Shown: piece by piece, positions 1 to 9,519 of the stretch
How positions within the stretch are numbered: the stretch's first letter is position 1
Layout of the letters: each line of letters starts with the position of its first letter
NCBI GenBank assembly: GCA_041611735.1
Contig: JBFIML010000002.1
Coordinates: 1-64,000, forward strand
Reading direction: 5' to 3'
DNA length: 64,000 bases
From: Myxococcota bacterium
Lineage (GTDB): Bacteria; Myxococcota_A; UBA9160; PR03
Made by a program: the position numbers and the translations under genes
Notes under the pieces: generated by a model
Told to the model about the DNA's origin: nothing
What the model saw: the letters and a program-made list of their open reading frames with translations, nothing else
The model's database searches: none

Positions 1-576
1 CCTTCCGCGCAGCGTGAATCGGGGTGGCCCCTCGGCGGGCCGCGTGAAGATCTGGATCACGCCGCCCACGGCGTTGTCGCCCCACACGGCGCTGGCGGGG
101 CCGCGCACGATCTCGATGCGCTCGACGCGGTCGAGCTGCACAAGCGACCAGTCGACGACACTGCTGTCGGTCTCGTTGACGCGGCGACCGTCCACCAGCA
201 CCAGGAGGCTCGAGCCGTTTCCGCCGCCGTTGTTGAAGCCGCGGGCCTCGACCGTGTAGCCCTCCGGGTTGGAGCGGTCGTTGGTCACGAACAGCCCGGC
301 CTCGCGCCGCAGCAGCTCGGGCACGTCGCGCGCGCCGCTGCGTTCGATCGCCTCGCGATCGATCACGGTGACGTTGCCGGGGACCTCGAGCACGTCGCGC
401 TCGCCGCGCGTCGCCGTGACCGTCACCTCCTGGAGGCGGCGGGTGGGCGCGGCGGGCAGGGCCTGCGGGGATGCCGGGGCCGGCTCCGGACCGTTCGTCC
501 CGGCGGACGCTGGGCCGGCGGCGGCCAGGGCGATCAGCAGGCCGGGCCAGCGGGCAAAGCGACGTCGCGCGGGCAT
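1..576 (-). CDS. TonB-dependent receptor, N-terminal part (signal peptide, TonB box, plug), probably BtuB-like; runs off the window start
   Basis: Not in ORF track; manual translation MPARRRFARWPGLLIALAAAGPASA...LQEVTVTATRGERDVLEVPGNVTVIDREAIE...LVLVDGRRVN...VERIEIVRGPASAVWGDNAVGGVIQIFTR; AAGGAG RBS upstream; cobalamin riboswitch in leader. Confidence 0.93.
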   Translation of the reverse strand, partial: MPARRRFARWPGLLIALAAAGPASAGTNGPEPAPASPQALPAAPTRRLQEVTVTATRGERDVLEVPGNVTVIDREAIERSGARDVPELLRREAGLFVTNDRSNPEGYTVEARGFNNGGGNGSSLLVLVDGRRVNETDSSVVDWSLVQLDRVERIEIVRGPASAVWGDNAVGGVIQIFTRPAEGPPRFTLRGR

Positions 577-711
577 CCGGGTGTCTCCTTCCCCCTCGCC
601 CTGGGCGCCGGTGAAGGAGCGTCCGTCGGATCGGCCCGCAGACCGGAATGGATCCCGCCGGGACGTAGGCGCACCGCTCCCTCCACGAAGAGCCGTCAGG
701 CGTCTGCGGCC

Positions 712-887
712 CAGGCAGGTCTCCTGGCTTTCGGGGCTCCGCGGCTTGCGTGCCGCGGGCGCCCCGCCCGCGCCTTCCCGAGCCCGAGCGCTCAGTGGCG
801 TCGATGCGGGCGGGGCCCCCCGATCACAGTGGCGGGACCGCGGCCGATTCTCACGGCCTTCCCTTTTCACCCGATCGGGACCTGTGC
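712..887 (-). ncRNA. Cobalamin (B12) riboswitch
   Basis: Minus strand reads AGGT..AAAAGGGAA..GTGAGAATC..CGGTCCCGCCACTGT...GCCACTG...GGGAAGG...AGCCAGGAGACCTGCC, the conserved B12-element motifs, upstream of a TonB receptor; boundaries approximate. Confidence 0.93.
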
Positions 888-898
888 CGCCTCGTCGC

Positions 899-927
899 GC
901 TATAGCTCCGCGCGGCGGCGCGGTCAA
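899..927 (-). promoter_or_regulatory. sigma-70-like promoter for riboswitch/TonB receptor transcript
   Basis: TTGACC-N17-TATAGC on minus strand just upstream of the riboswitch. Confidence 0.6.
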
Positions 928-968
928 TCGGGTTCGAGGCCCTCCCACCGACGGGCTACGCTGGCGGG

Positions 969-3035
969 GTGGCCCGAGAAGTCCGGGAAGGCTCCACGAA
1001 CCGGCTGGCTCGAGAGACGAGCGCCTACCTCCGCCAGCACATGCACAACCCGGTGGACTGGCACCCCTGGGGCCCGGAGGCCCTGGCGCGCGCCCGGAGC
1101 GAGGACCGGCCGCTGCTGGTCTCCATCGGCTACAGCGCCTGCCACTGGTGCCACGTGATGGAGCGCGAGTCCTTCGAGGATCCGGACACGGGCGCGCTCA
1201 TGAACCGTCTCTTCGTCAACGTGAAGGTGGACCGCGAGGAGCGGCCGGACGTGGACCGCATCTACATGGACTTCGTGGTGCGCTCCCTGGGGCACGGGGG
1301 CTGGCCGCTCACGGTGTTCTGCACCCCCGACGGCCGTCCCTTCTACGGAGGCACCTACTTCCCCCCGGAGCCGCGCCACGGGATGCCGGCCTTCCGCCAG
1401 CTCCTGGAGTCGGTGGCCGACGCCTGGCGCACGCGACGCGAGGAGGTGGAGGCGAGCGCCTCCCGCGTGGTCCAGGCCCTGGTCGAGGCGCCGCGGGGGG
1501 TGGCGAGCCGGCCGCCGGGGAGCCCGACCCTCGCCGAGGCGGCCACCCGCCTGCTGGCCAACGCGGATCGCACCCACGGCGGGTTCGGAAGCGCCCCGAA
1601 GTTCCCGACGCCGACCAGCCTCGAGGCGCTGCTGGCCGCCGTCGACGTGCTGCCGGCGGAGAGCGCCCGGGATGCCCTGGACCACGTGGTGACGACCTGC
1701 CGGGAGATGGCGCGCCGGGGGCTCTACGACCAGCTCGGGGGCGGCTTCCACCGCTACTGCGTGGATGCCGGCTGGGCCGTGCCCCACTTCGAGAAGATGC
1801 TCTACGACCAGGGCCAGCTCCTGAGCGTCTACGCCGAGGCGTGGCGCCGCGCGGAGGGCAGAGACGAGGATCTCGTCTGGCCCATCCAGGAGACGGCCGC
1901 CTGGCTGCGCCGGGAGATGGCCGCGCCCGATGGCGGCTTCTTCGCCAGCCAGGACGCCGACAGCGAGGGCGAGGAGGGCAGGTACTACGTCTGGACGCCG
2001 GACGAGATCCGCGCTGTCCTGGGGCCGGAGCGGGCCGAGGCCCTGTGCCGGGCCTACGGGGTCACCGCGGCGGGCAATTTCGAGGGCGCGCGCACGGTGC
2101 TCGGGGACCTGGCGCGCCGTCCGCGGGCGGAGTTCCGGAAGGAGCGGGAAGCGCTGCTCCAGCAGCGGAGCCGGCGCGTCCCGCCGGGCACGGACCGCAA
2201 GCGCGTGGCCTCCTGGAACGCGTACCTCGTCTCGGGGCTCGCGCGGGCCGGAAGCCTGCTGGGCGACGCGGCGCTGCTGCGCGACGCCGTCGCCACCGCG
2301 GACTTCCTGCTCGAGCGCATGACCGATCCGAAGGGGCGCCTCTGGCGGGTCTACGACGAGGGGCGCGCCCACGTGACGGGCTTCCTGGAGGACGTGGCCG
2401 CCACCCTGGAAGCCCTCCTCGATCTGCATCGCGCCGTGGGCGACGTGCGCTACTGGACGGCGGCCTTGCGACTCGCGGAGGACCTGGTGGCGCGCTTCTG
2501 GGACGAGGCGGAGGGCGATCTCTTCCTGACTCCGACGGACGGGGAGCCGCTCGTGGCGCGGCCGCGCTCGGACCCCGATGGGGCGACGCCCCACTCCACG
2601 GGGCTCGCGGCGCTGGGTCTTCTGCGTGCGGGCGCTCTGGCCGGCCGCATGGAGTGGCAGCGTCTCGTGGAAAGGCTGCTCCGGCGCCACGCCTGGATGC
2701 TGGAGCGCGCACCGGAGGGCTTCCCGACCCTGGCCCGGGCCGCGGCGCTCGCCGAGCGCGGCCTCGCCGTGGCCGTCGTGGTGGGAGCACCCGACGACGC
2801 GCCCACCACGGCCCTGGCCGCCCGCGCCCGGCGCATCCTCGCGCCCGAGGACGCGGTGCTGGTGGTGGCGCCCGACGCCCCCACGCCGCCGGGTGTGGAC
2901 CCGTCCTGGCTCGAAGGACGCGTCCCCGACTTGGGTCGCTCCACGGCCTGGCTGTGCCGGGGCGTGACCTGCTCCCTGCCCGTCACCGCCCCCGACGAGC
3001 TCCGGCCCCTGGAGAGCGCGTCCCCTTCCCCTTGA
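969..3035 (+). CDS. Thioredoxin-domain protein, YyaL/SPATA20 family
   Basis: [52 protein letters not shown] motifs. Confidence 0.92.
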   Translation: MAREVREGSTNRLARETSAYLRQHMHNPVDWHPWGPEALARARSEDRPLLVSIGYSACHWCHVMERESFEDPDTGALMNRLFVNVKVDREERPDVDRIYMDFVVRSLGHGGWPLTVFCTPDGRPFYGGTYFPPEPRHGMPAFRQLLESVADAWRTRREEVEASASRVVQALVEAPRGVASRPPGSPTLAEAATRLLANADRTHGGFGSAPKFPTPTSLEALLAAVDVLPAESARDALDHVVTTCREMARRGLYDQLGGGFHRYCVDAGWAVPHFEKMLYDQGQLLSVYAEAWRRAEGRDEDLVWPIQETAAWLRREMAAPDGGFFASQDADSEGEEGRYYVWTPDEIRAVLGPERAEALCRAYGVTAAGNFEGARTVLGDLARRPRAEFRKEREALLQQRSRRVPPGTDRKRVASWNAYLVSGLARAGSLLGDAALLRDAVATADFLLERMTDPKGRLWRVYDEGRAHVTGFLEDVAATLEALLDLHRAVGDVRYWTAALRLAEDLVARFWDEAEGDLFLTPTDGEPLVARPRSDPDGATPHSTGLAALGLLRAGALAGRMEWQRLVERLLRRHAWMLERAPEGFPTLARAAALAERGLAVAVVVGAPDDAPTTALAARARRILAPEDAVLVVAPDAPTPPGVDPSWLEGRVPDLGRSTAWLCRGVTCSLPVTAPDELRPLESASPSP

Positions 3036-3100
3036 GCGACCGTCACCCGCGCCGCCTTTGCTAGCTTCGGCCCGCCTCGACGGTCCGTGCGGAGGACGGC

Positions 3101-4168
3101 ATGAGCAAGGCGCGCGACGAGGGTCGCTACGGCACCGGCCACGACGACGGGCTGGAGCCGCTCACGCCCCTCGATCTGGCCGCGACCGGGCGCATCGACG
3201 ACCTGGTGCGGGCCATGGCGGGAACGGCCTTCGGCGGGCGCCGCCTGGGCGAGGCCGCCGACGTGCTGGAGGCCATGGTACGCGACCCGGACTGCTTCCG
3301 CGTGGTCACCATCTCCGGGGCGATGACCATCGCGAAGCAGGGTCTCGTCTTGTGCGAGATGGTCGATCGGGGCTGGGTGCAGGCAATCGTCACGACCGGC
3401 GCCCTGATGACCCACGGCTTCGTGGAGGGTGCCGGCATGCTCCACTTCAAGCACCGCCCCTCCATGCGCGACGAGGAGCTCTACCGCCGGGGCTACAACC
3501 GCGTCTACGACACCATCGAGCTGGAGCGCAACCTGGACGACACGGAAACGATCCTGCGCGCCGCGCTGCGCGAGCTCCCGGACGACGCGGTGCTCTCGAG
3601 CGTGCGCGTGACGGAGCTCCTGGGCCGTCACCTGGAGAAGCACGTCCCGGGCCGGGCCATCCTGAAGAGCGCCGTGGCCCGCGACGTGCCCGTCTACGTC
3701 CCCGCCTTCACCGACTCGGAGCTCGGGCTCGACCTGGCCATCCACAACCACCTGCGGAGGACCCAGGGCAAGGCGCCGCGCCCCTTCGATCCCTTCCTGG
3801 ATCTCGACCATTTCGCCGAACTGGTCCGCCGCCACGAGACGCTCGGCATCTTCACCATCGGAGGCGGCGTGCCGCGCAACTGGGCCCAGCAGGTGGGCCC
3901 CTACCTGGAGATCATGAGCCACCGCCTCGACCGCGAGGAGCCGGTGCGCCGCTACCGCTACGCCGTGCGCATCTGCCCGGAGCCCGACCACTGGGGCGGT
4001 CTGTCGGGCTGCAGCTACGAGGAAGGCGTGTCCTGGGGCAAGTTCGTGCCCCGCAGCGAAGGCGGCCGCCACGCCGAGGTCTTCGCCGACGCGACGATCG
4101 CCTGGCCCCTGGTGGTGCGGGCCGTGATGGAGCGGCTCGACGCGAAGGCGAGCGCGGCCCAGGACTAG
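3101..4168 (+). CDS. Deoxyhypusine synthase-like protein
   Basis: PAFTDSELG, IGGGVPRNW, GGLSGCSYEEGVSWGK (catalytic Lys), VFADATIAWP. Confidence 0.88.
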   Translation: MSKARDEGRYGTGHDDGLEPLTPLDLAATGRIDDLVRAMAGTAFGGRRLGEAADVLEAMVRDPDCFRVVTISGAMTIAKQGLVLCEMVDRGWVQAIVTTGALMTHGFVEGAGMLHFKHRPSMRDEELYRRGYNRVYDTIELERNLDDTETILRAALRELPDDAVLSSVRVTELLGRHLEKHVPGRAILKSAVARDVPVYVPAFTDSELGLDLAIHNHLRRTQGKAPRPFDPFLDLDHFAELVRRHETLGIFTIGGGVPRNWAQQVGPYLEIMSHRLDREEPVRRYRYAVRICPEPDHWGGLSGCSYEEGVSWGKFVPRSEGGRHAEVFADATIAWPLVVRAVMERLDAKASAAQD

Positions 4169-4386
4169 GAGCCTGACCCAGGACCGGGCGCCACGTCCGG
4201 ACGCCGATCCATCGCCGCTGCCCGCGTTGCGCTCCCTGCCCCGTAGCGCCGCCAGGGCTCGGTGGCGCGCCAACCAGCGGGAGCCCGCCTGCGCTCGGCT
4301 ACGCCTCGCTGCACGGCGGCATGCCGCCTTGCCAGCGGCGCGTCTCGGCGCCCGGCCCTTCCCACGCCGGTCTTGGGCCAGGCTCC
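4168..4386. mobile_element. MITE-like non-coding element with 20-bp terminal inverted repeats
   Basis: Left GGAGCCTGACCCAGGACCGG (4168-4187) vs reverse complement of 4367-4386 GGAGCCTGGCCCAAGACCGG, 18/20 identical; flanked by CTA and TTA; fills the whole gap between convergent genes. Confidence 0.65.
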
Positions 4387-4977
4387 TTAGGCGTCGTCGA
4401 GCTCGAAGGGGCCGAGCCACTCCGGGCCGCGGCGCTGGAGGACGTAGCCCTGGGCGTTGGCGGAAACCACCGGTGTGCCTTGGAACCCTCCGGCCACCCA
4501 GGCGCGCAGGGCCGCCATCACGCCGCCGTGGCTCACCACGATCACCTGCTGAGCGAGGTGTCGCGCGGCGATCGCCTCCAGGGCCGGCCCCGCGCGCCGC
4601 GCCACCTCCTCCAGGGTCTCGCCCTGCGGCGGGCGCATCCGCCACCAGTCGACAGCCGCTAGGGCCACGTCACCGAGGCCGGCGCGGGCGGACCCGTAGG
4701 GCTCACCGTGCAACGCGCCGTACGATTGCTCACGCAGATCCTGCACCACGACCGGCTCGAGGCCGAAGCTCGCGCCGATCAAGCGAGCGGTTTCCAGGGC
4801 ACGCACGAAGGGGCTCGCATAGAGCGCGACGGGATCGCAGAGCGCCGCCAGTCGCCGGCCGGCGGCCAACGCCTCCTCGCGCCCGCGCCGGGAGAGCGGC
4901 TCCTCGGGACCGTGTGTGAAGCGGCGCGCTGCATTCGCGACGCTCTCGCCGTGCCGGATCAGGATGAGTCGCGCCAT
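4387..4977 (-). CDS. Histidine phosphatase (phosphoglycerate mutase family)
   Basis: C-terminal part of ORF 4387..6261; MARLILIRHGES, YASPFVRALETA, VVSHGG. Confidence 0.88.
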   Translation of the reverse strand: MARLILIRHGESVANAARRFTHGPEEPLSRRGREEALAAGRRLAALCDPVALYASPFVRALETARLIGASFGLEPVVVQDLREQSYGALHGEPYGSARAGLGDVALAAVDWWRMRPPQGETLEEVARRAGPALEAIAARHLAQQVIVVSHGGVMAALRAWVAGGFQGTPVVSANAQGYVLQRRGPEWLGPFELDDA

Positions 4978-5052
4978 GCGCGGAGGATCGCCGCAAGACG
5001 ACGAGCCGGCAAGCGAGGGGACACCCGGATCGGCGCGTGGTAGCTTGGCCGC

Positions 5053-6096
5053 ATGCCTCCCACCGACGCGCGGGCGGTCGTCTTCCGCGGCGAACACCGC
5101 CTCGCGGTGGAACGCCGGCCGCGTCCCGATCCCGGGCCCCACGAGGTGCGGCTGCGGGTCGAAGCCTGCGGCATCTGCGGAAGCGACCTGCATCTGTTCC
5201 AGAACGGGCTGTACGCGCCGGGCCTGGTGCCCGGCCACGAGTTCGCGGGGTCGGTCGACGCCCTGGGTCCCGAGGTGGAGGGCATCTCCGTGGGCCAACG
5301 CATGGCCGTCGAACCGTTCCGAAGCTGTGGCCGCTGCGACTGCTGCCGGCGCGGGCGGGATCCCCTGTGCCGGGCGGCGCGGGTGCTGGGGCTCAACGAC
5401 CCGGGCGGCCTGGCCGAGTTCGTCATCGTTCCCGCACGCCGCCTGTTTCGCGTGCCGCCGGATCTGGACGCGTCGCTCGCCGCCCTGGCCGAGCCGATGG
5501 CCGTGGCCGTGCACGCCCTGCGCCGAGGGGGCCTGGCGCCGGGCCAACGGGTCCTGGTCCTGGGCGCGGGAAGCATCGGGCTCCTGACGCTGGTGGCAGC
5601 GCGGACGCTCGGTGCCGGCGAGGTGTGGTTGACGGCGCGCCATCCCCATCAGGCCGAGCTGGCGCACGCCCTGGGAGCCCACCAGGTGCTCGGCGAAGAC
5701 GCGGCCGCCCCGGCGGCGCTGAGCGGGCTCGGCGGGGAGGTCCCCTTCGATCTGGTGGTGGAGAGCGTGGGCGGCCAGGCCACCACGCTGGAAGCCGCCG
5801 GCGCAGCGGTGCGGCCCGGGGGCGTCGTGAGCGTGGTGGGCCTGTTCCTGGGCCGGGTCGAGATCGATTCCCTGCCACTCCTGTTGAAGGAGGCCACCCT
5901 CGCCTGGTCCTACTGCTACGCCCGCGGCGAGGGCGATGCGGACTTCGCGGCGGCGGTCCGCATCCTCGATGGGGAGCGCGCCGGTCTCGACGCTCTCGTG
6001 ACCCACCGCGTGCCGCTCGATCAGGTCGCCCGCGCCTACGTCACCGCCGCCGAGCGCCGGGCGGGCGCCCTCAAGGTGAGCGTGCTTCCCTGCTGA
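5053..6096 (+). CDS. Zinc-dependent alcohol dehydrogenase (MDR family)
   Basis: CGICGSDLH, GHEFAG, CGRCDCCRRGRDPLC structural Zn site, GAGSIG. Confidence 0.92.
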   Translation: MPPTDARAVVFRGEHRLAVERRPRPDPGPHEVRLRVEACGICGSDLHLFQNGLYAPGLVPGHEFAGSVDALGPEVEGISVGQRMAVEPFRSCGRCDCCRRGRDPLCRAARVLGLNDPGGLAEFVIVPARRLFRVPPDLDASLAALAEPMAVAVHALRRGGLAPGQRVLVLGAGSIGLLTLVAARTLGAGEVWLTARHPHQAELAHALGAHQVLGEDAAAPAALSGLGGEVPFDLVVESVGGQATTLEAAGAAVRPGGVVSVVGLFLGRVEIDSLPLLLKEATLAWSYCYARGEGDADFAAAVRILDGERAGLDALVTHRVPLDQVARAYVTAAERRAGALKVSVLPC

Positions 6097-6132
6097 CCGA
6101 GGCCCCGGGCACCGCCCGGGCCGGGAGGAGCC

Positions 6133-7329
6133 ATGGACTTCGAGCCGTCGGACAAGGTCAAGCAGATCCAGGAGCAGCTGCTGCGCTTCATGGACGAGCA
6201 CGTGTACCCGAACGAACGGACCTACCTCGAGCAGCTCGAGGCCTCGGGCGATCCGCACCACGAGCCCGCGATTCTCCGCGAGCTCGCGGAGAAGGCCCGC
6301 AGCCTCGGGCTCTGGAACCTCTTCCTGCCCGACTCCGAGTTCGGGGCGGACCTCAACAACACGGAGTACGCGCCGTTGTGCGAGATCATGGGCCGCAGCG
6401 GCATCGCCCCGCGTGTCTTCAACTGCGCGGCACCCGACACGGGCAACATGGAGATCCTGGCCGAGTTCGGGACCTCAGAGCAGAAGAAGGAATGGCTCGA
6501 GCCCCTGCTGGCCGGCGAGATCCGCTCCTGCTTCTCCATGACCGAGCCCGAGGTGTCGGGCGCCGATCCCACCACCCTCCAGACCCGTGCCGTGCGCGAC
6601 GGCGCTCACTACGTGATCGACGGCCACAAGTGGTACACGTCCGGCGCCTGGGGCGCGCGCTTCGCCATCGTGATGGCGGTGACCGACCCCAAAGCGGCTC
6701 CCCACAACCGCGCCAGCATGATCATCGTCCCCACGGACACGCCGGGCTTCAAGCTGATCCGCGCCGTCTCGGTGATGGGCCACGCCGGGGGCGGCGGGCA
6801 CTGCGAGATCCTCTACGAGAACTGCCGCGTGCCGGTGTCGAACCGCCTGGGCGAGGAGGGCTCCGGCTTCCGCATCGCCCAGGCGCGGCTCGGGCCAGGA
6901 CGCATCCACCACTGCATGCGGGCCATCGGCGCCGCCGAGCGCGCCTTCGAGATCATGTGCCGCTGGGCGAACAACCGGCGTGCCTTCGGCTCGACGCTGG
7001 GCGAGAAGCAGTTCGTGCAGGAGTGGATCGCCACCTCGCGCATGGAGCTCGACCAGGCGCGGCTCCTGACCCTGTACGCCGCCTGGAAGATGGACACCTA
7101 CGGGAAGGAGCGAGCGCGCCAGGAGATCTCCATGATCAAGGTGGTGGCACCCAACGTGATGATGAACGTGCTCGATCGCGCCATCCAGTGCCTGGGCGCC
7201 CTCGGCATGTCCGACGACACGCCGGTCGCCCGCATGTGGCGCGACGGCCGCTCGCTCCGGATCGCCGACGGTCCCGACGAGGTCCACAAAATGGTGATCG
7301 CCCGCCGGGAGCTCAGGCGCTTCGCCTGA
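6133..7329 (+). CDS. Acyl-CoA dehydrogenase (ACAD10/11-like)
   Basis: FNCAAPDTGNME, FSMTEP, AQARLGPGRIHHCMR, LRIADGPDEVH; GGAGGAG RBS. Confidence 0.93.
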   Translation: MDFEPSDKVKQIQEQLLRFMDEHVYPNERTYLEQLEASGDPHHEPAILRELAEKARSLGLWNLFLPDSEFGADLNNTEYAPLCEIMGRSGIAPRVFNCAAPDTGNMEILAEFGTSEQKKEWLEPLLAGEIRSCFSMTEPEVSGADPTTLQTRAVRDGAHYVIDGHKWYTSGAWGARFAIVMAVTDPKAAPHNRASMIIVPTDTPGFKLIRAVSVMGHAGGGGHCEILYENCRVPVSNRLGEEGSGFRIAQARLGPGRIHHCMRAIGAAERAFEIMCRWANNRRAFGSTLGEKQFVQEWIATSRMELDQARLLTLYAAWKMDTYGKERARQEISMIKVVAPNVMMNVLDRAIQCLGALGMSDDTPVARMWRDGRSLRIADGPDEVHKMVIARRELRRFA

Positions 7330-7337
7330 GGCAATCG

Positions 7338-8603
7338 ATGCTGGGTGGCGGAGCCCGTCTGGTGGCATGCGTCCTGGCGCTCTGCGTCGCGGGAGCCGCC
7401 GCGGCGGAACGCACCGTGGTGCTGCTGGTCTTCGATGGCGTGGGGCCCGTCCTCTTCCAGCATCACCCGGCCCCCAGCTTCGCACGGCTGCGCGTGGAGG
7501 GTGCCTTCAGCGAGGCTCTGGAGCCCGTCTTTCCCACCGTTTCGCTCATCAACGGCTTCACGCTCTCCACCGGCTGCTGGCCCGCGCACCATGGCATCGT
7601 CACCAACAAGTTTCTCGATCCGGAGCGCGGCCTCTACGACCACAGCCGGGACGCCGACTGGCTCACGGGCTGCGAGGGACTGCACGAGGCGGCGGAAGGC
7701 CAGGGCGTGCGGGCGGCGGCGCTCGGCTGGTACGGAGGCCGGTCGAGCACCCGCGGCCCGCTGGCGAGCAGCGTCTCGGACGAGCGCAGCTTCGACGAGT
7801 TCCCGGACGACGCCGGACGCGCCGCGCAGGTGGTCGAGCAGCTGCGTCGCACCGACGCGCAGCGGCCCCGCCTCGTGCTGGCCTACTTCCGCGGACCCGA
7901 CCATGCGGAACACGACACGGGGATCGAGTCCGAGGAGACGCGGCGCGCCGTGCAGGCCATGGATGCGGCGCTGGCGCGGGTGATCGAGACGATCGAGGCG
8001 AGCGGCCGCCCGACGACGTTGCTGGTCACCACCGACCACGGCATGCGCGCGGTCTCGCATCTGGTCAACGTGAAGCGCCTGCTCCACTGGCACGGCCTGC
8101 GGGCTACCGCCGTCTCCACCGGAACGACGGCCTTCCTCTACTTCGACGGCCCCGCGGAGGTGGAGCGGGCCTCCGCGGCCCTGGCCGGCTACGACGCCTT
8201 CGAGATCCTCCGCAAGGGAGACTTGCCGGAGTACGCACGCCTGGGAGATGGCGCCCGCGTCCCGGAGCTGATCCTGTCGGCCCGAGCCCCCTACTTCATG
8301 GAGGACACGGACCTCTGGCCGGCCTGGCTGCGCTGGCTCGGGCGCTGGGGGCCGCGACTGGTCTGGGCCCGTCCCTTCCTCGCGGCGACCCACGGCTATC
8401 CGCCGGACGTGGAAGGGATGCACGGCGTCCTGTATGCCTGGGGCGACGGCATCGCCCGCGGGCGCCACCTCGGCCGCGTACGCGCCGTCGATGTGCATCC
8501 GACGGCGGCGGCCCTGCTGGGGATCCGACCGGGACGCCCCATGGACGGGCGCGTCGTGCCGGGTCTGCTGTACGACGAGGCCTCGGCGGACTCCGGCTCC
8601 TAG
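7338..8603 (+). CDS. Secreted alkaline-phosphatase-family nucleotide pyrophosphatase/phosphodiesterase
   Basis: C-terminal part of ORF 5037..8603; signal peptide, VLLVFDG, PVFPTVS, PDHAEH, TTDHGM, ATHGYPP. Confidence 0.87.
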   Translation: MLGGGARLVACVLALCVAGAAAAERTVVLLVFDGVGPVLFQHHPAPSFARLRVEGAFSEALEPVFPTVSLINGFTLSTGCWPAHHGIVTNKFLDPERGLYDHSRDADWLTGCEGLHEAAEGQGVRAAALGWYGGRSSTRGPLASSVSDERSFDEFPDDAGRAAQVVEQLRRTDAQRPRLVLAYFRGPDHAEHDTGIESEETRRAVQAMDAALARVIETIEASGRPTTLLVTTDHGMRAVSHLVNVKRLLHWHGLRATAVSTGTTAFLYFDGPAEVERASAALAGYDAFEILRKGDLPEYARLGDGARVPELILSARAPYFMEDTDLWPAWLRWLGRWGPRLVWARPFLAATHGYPPDVEGMHGVLYAWGDGIARGRHLGRVRAVDVHPTAAALLGIRPGRPMDGRVVPGLLYDEASADSGS

Positions 8604-9295
8604 CCGGCCGGGTTCGAGAGGTCCTCCCGATAGGCGACGATCTCCCGCTGCACCTGGTCCACGCCTTCGAGTCCGTTCCGGTAGGCCCGCGCGCCCTCGC
8701 TCTGTCCGAGCGCCTTGAGCAGCAGGTCCCGGCCGATGGACTGCTTGTCCAGGTCCGACAGACGGTCCAGGGGGCGCACCAGCCAGTAGCCGAGCATGTC
8801 CCCGGTGACCGCCTGGAAGGTGGCGATGCGCGCCGACTCACCCGCCTTGGGGATCGCCTCGGCGACGTTCCGGAACAGCTCCTCGACGGTCTCCTGGTGA
8901 CCGGGACGCGCCCGTACCAGGACCAGCGACGTGATCCGGGCGACCCGCTCGGCGGGCTCCTTCGGGTAGCTCAGCTCGGGACGGTGCAGGCCGAGGCTCC
9001 GCTCGGTCGACACGAGGCACTCGTTGGCTTCCTCCAGGACCTTCTGGCCCCTCTTCTCGCCCAGCACCCGCTCGAAGAGCCCCCGCGCGTCGCCGTGCTT
9101 CTCCAGGTCCGCCCAGTCCTCGTGCTGGGACACGTGGTAGATGCGGGCCAACGGGCCGAACCCGACCTGGTGCGAGACCCAATGCCAGGCCTCCTTCTTC
9201 TTGCGCGCCTCGGCGGCGAGCTCCGTGACGAGCTCCTCGTAGCGGCGGATCCGGTCCGCACGGACGTGATCGGTGAACACGCTGACGAAGGACAT
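8600..9295 (-). CDS. Hypothetical protein, possibly two-repeat NIPSNAP/dimeric alpha-beta barrel
   Basis: Strong codon bias, AAAGGAG RBS, two internally similar halves; fold call is tentative. Confidence 0.6.
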   Translation of the reverse strand: MSFVSVFTDHVRADRIRRYEELVTELAAEARKKKEAWHWVSHQVGFGPLARIYHVSQHEDWADLEKHGDARGLFERVLGEKRGQKVLEEANECLVSTERSLGLHRPELSYPKEPAERVARITSLVLVRARPGHQETVEELFRNVAEAIPKAGESARIATFQAVTGDMLGYWLVRPLDRLSDLDKQSIGRDLLLKALGQSEGARAYRNGLEGVDQVQREIVAYREDLSNPAG

Positions 9296-9519
9296 GAATG
9301 GCTCCTTTCTCGGACAGGAGGGTGAGAAGAGGCATCTCGGCGGAGTCCGGCAGGCGGAGAGAAGGAGCGCACCGGAGGAGAACGACCTGCAGCCGCGCTG
9401 GAGGGTCGCGACGGCCTCCCCTTTCCGCTTACCACGTGGGCGGTGAGCCGATCAATCGATTTCGGGCCGAGCCGCCGTTTTCCTTGGACCCTCGGGGACC
9501 GTCGCGCCGCGGATCCCCG

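Noticed and set aside
269-3064. Very long alternative-frame and antisense ORFs (e.g. 269..3064, 2450..4645, 10852..13377, 13374..17084, 44143..46845, 61064..63901)
   Set aside because: Arg/Pro/Gly-rich or antisense mirrors of well-supported genes; expected when stop codons are rare in high-GC DNA
6091-6135. Cys-TGA at the end of the alcohol dehydrogenase, in frame with the next gene (possible Sec read-through)
   Set aside because: The protein is complete at this point and the next gene has its own RBS and ATG
9296-9519. Intergenic stretches here and at 17663-17995 as possible ncRNA or riboswitch
   Set aside because: No recognisable conserved motif; GC-rich hairpins alone are uninformative without a covariance search
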